Shown here: in pieces, positions 63,654-64,000 of the stretch
Layout of the letters: every line of letters begins with the position of its first letter
How positions within the stretch are numbered: the stretch's first letter is position 1
NCBI GenBank assembly: GCA_002499005.1
Contig: DAJU01000001.1
Location: forward strand, 24,541 to 88,540
Length of the DNA stretch: 64,000 bases
Source: Thaumarchaeota archaeon UBA164
Lineage (GTDB): Archaea; Thermoproteota; Nitrososphaeria; Conexivisphaerales; UBA164
Direction: 5' to 3'
The notes under the pieces: generated by a model
Database searches by the model: none
The model's input: only the letters and a program-made list of their open reading frames with translations
Told to the model about the DNA's origin: nothing
Translations under genes and position numbers: made by a program

Positions 63654-64000
63654 TTGCTTTACATAATATTCACTACCGGCAGGTGCAACATGTCATGCAG
63701 TTACTGCGGCGGCTCATTTGACCAGCGCGTTGTGCCGTGGGAAGTGAATTATGACATTAAGAAGCTTGCATCGATTATGAACAATGATCCGTATCCTGTA
63801 GTTGTGTTTTACGGAGGGGAGCCATTGTTGAACCCAGGCTTTATAGAGGAAGCCATGAACACGCTTCCAGCAAAGAGGTGGGGCATACAGACAAACGGGA
63901 GCTTGGTACACGCGCTTGAAGAGGAGTACTGGCGCAGATTTGACGTCGCCCTTGTATCCATAGATGGCAGGGAGAGGGTGACCGATGCCCACAGGGGAAA
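63654..64000 (+). CDS. radical SAM enzyme, partial (runs off the right edge), possibly of the peptide-modifying/SPASM type
   Basis: Hand translation from TTG 63654 gives [24 protein letters not shown]...[15 protein letters not shown]...WGIQTNGSL...LVSIDG. The CxxxCxxC cluster and the GGEPLL motif are present. The frame stays open to the window end, so the gene is absent from the ORF track. Confidence 0.8.
   Translation, partial: MLYIIFTTGRCNMSCSYCGGSFDQRVVPWEVNYDIKKLASIMNNDPYPVVVFYGGEPLLNPGFIEEAMNTLPAKRWGIQTNGSLVHALEEEYWRRFDVALVSIDGRERVTDAHRG

Overview
The window is a gene-dense archaeal chromosomal segment, and almost all of it is core housekeeping. Several markers point to a Thermoplasmata-like euryarchaeon. 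These are a bacterial-type class II HMG-CoA reductase, a Hef helicase with no nuclease domain, ether-lipid genes (GGGP synthase, geranylgeranyl reductase, polyprenyl synthase), V-type ATPase subunit I, and sequon-rich surface proteins. I found no rRNA, tRNA, CRISPR array, integrase or transposase. Five items stand out. (1) A predicted replication origin lies upstream of orc1/cdc6, with two perfect 22-bp ORB-type repeats (CTCCAGTGGAAA core), and a GINS-like gene overlapping mcm sits 15 kb away. (2) A tightly coupled four-gene operon (RHH-domain protein, HerA-like ATPase, NurA-like nuclease, tandem-wHTH protein) at 38.8-42.5 kb has no mre11/rad50 nearby. This is my best candidate for a non-standard system. 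(3) A kdp operon has kdpA and kdpB but no kdpC, and is led by a membrane-anchored wHTH protein. (4) An ECF transporter operon is split by about 1.7 kb that carries two unknown membrane proteins and a 557-bp ORF-free tract. (5) A partial radical-SAM gene at the right edge is preceded by a translationally coupled Cys-containing ORF. Four genes are missing from the ORF track and were found by hand translation: partial rps13 at the left edge, a 55-aa YHS/TRASH protein overlapping copA, a 48-aa zinc-ribbon protein, and the partial radical-SAM gene. All family assignments rest on motif recognition by eye. No database search or RNA-folding computation was run.
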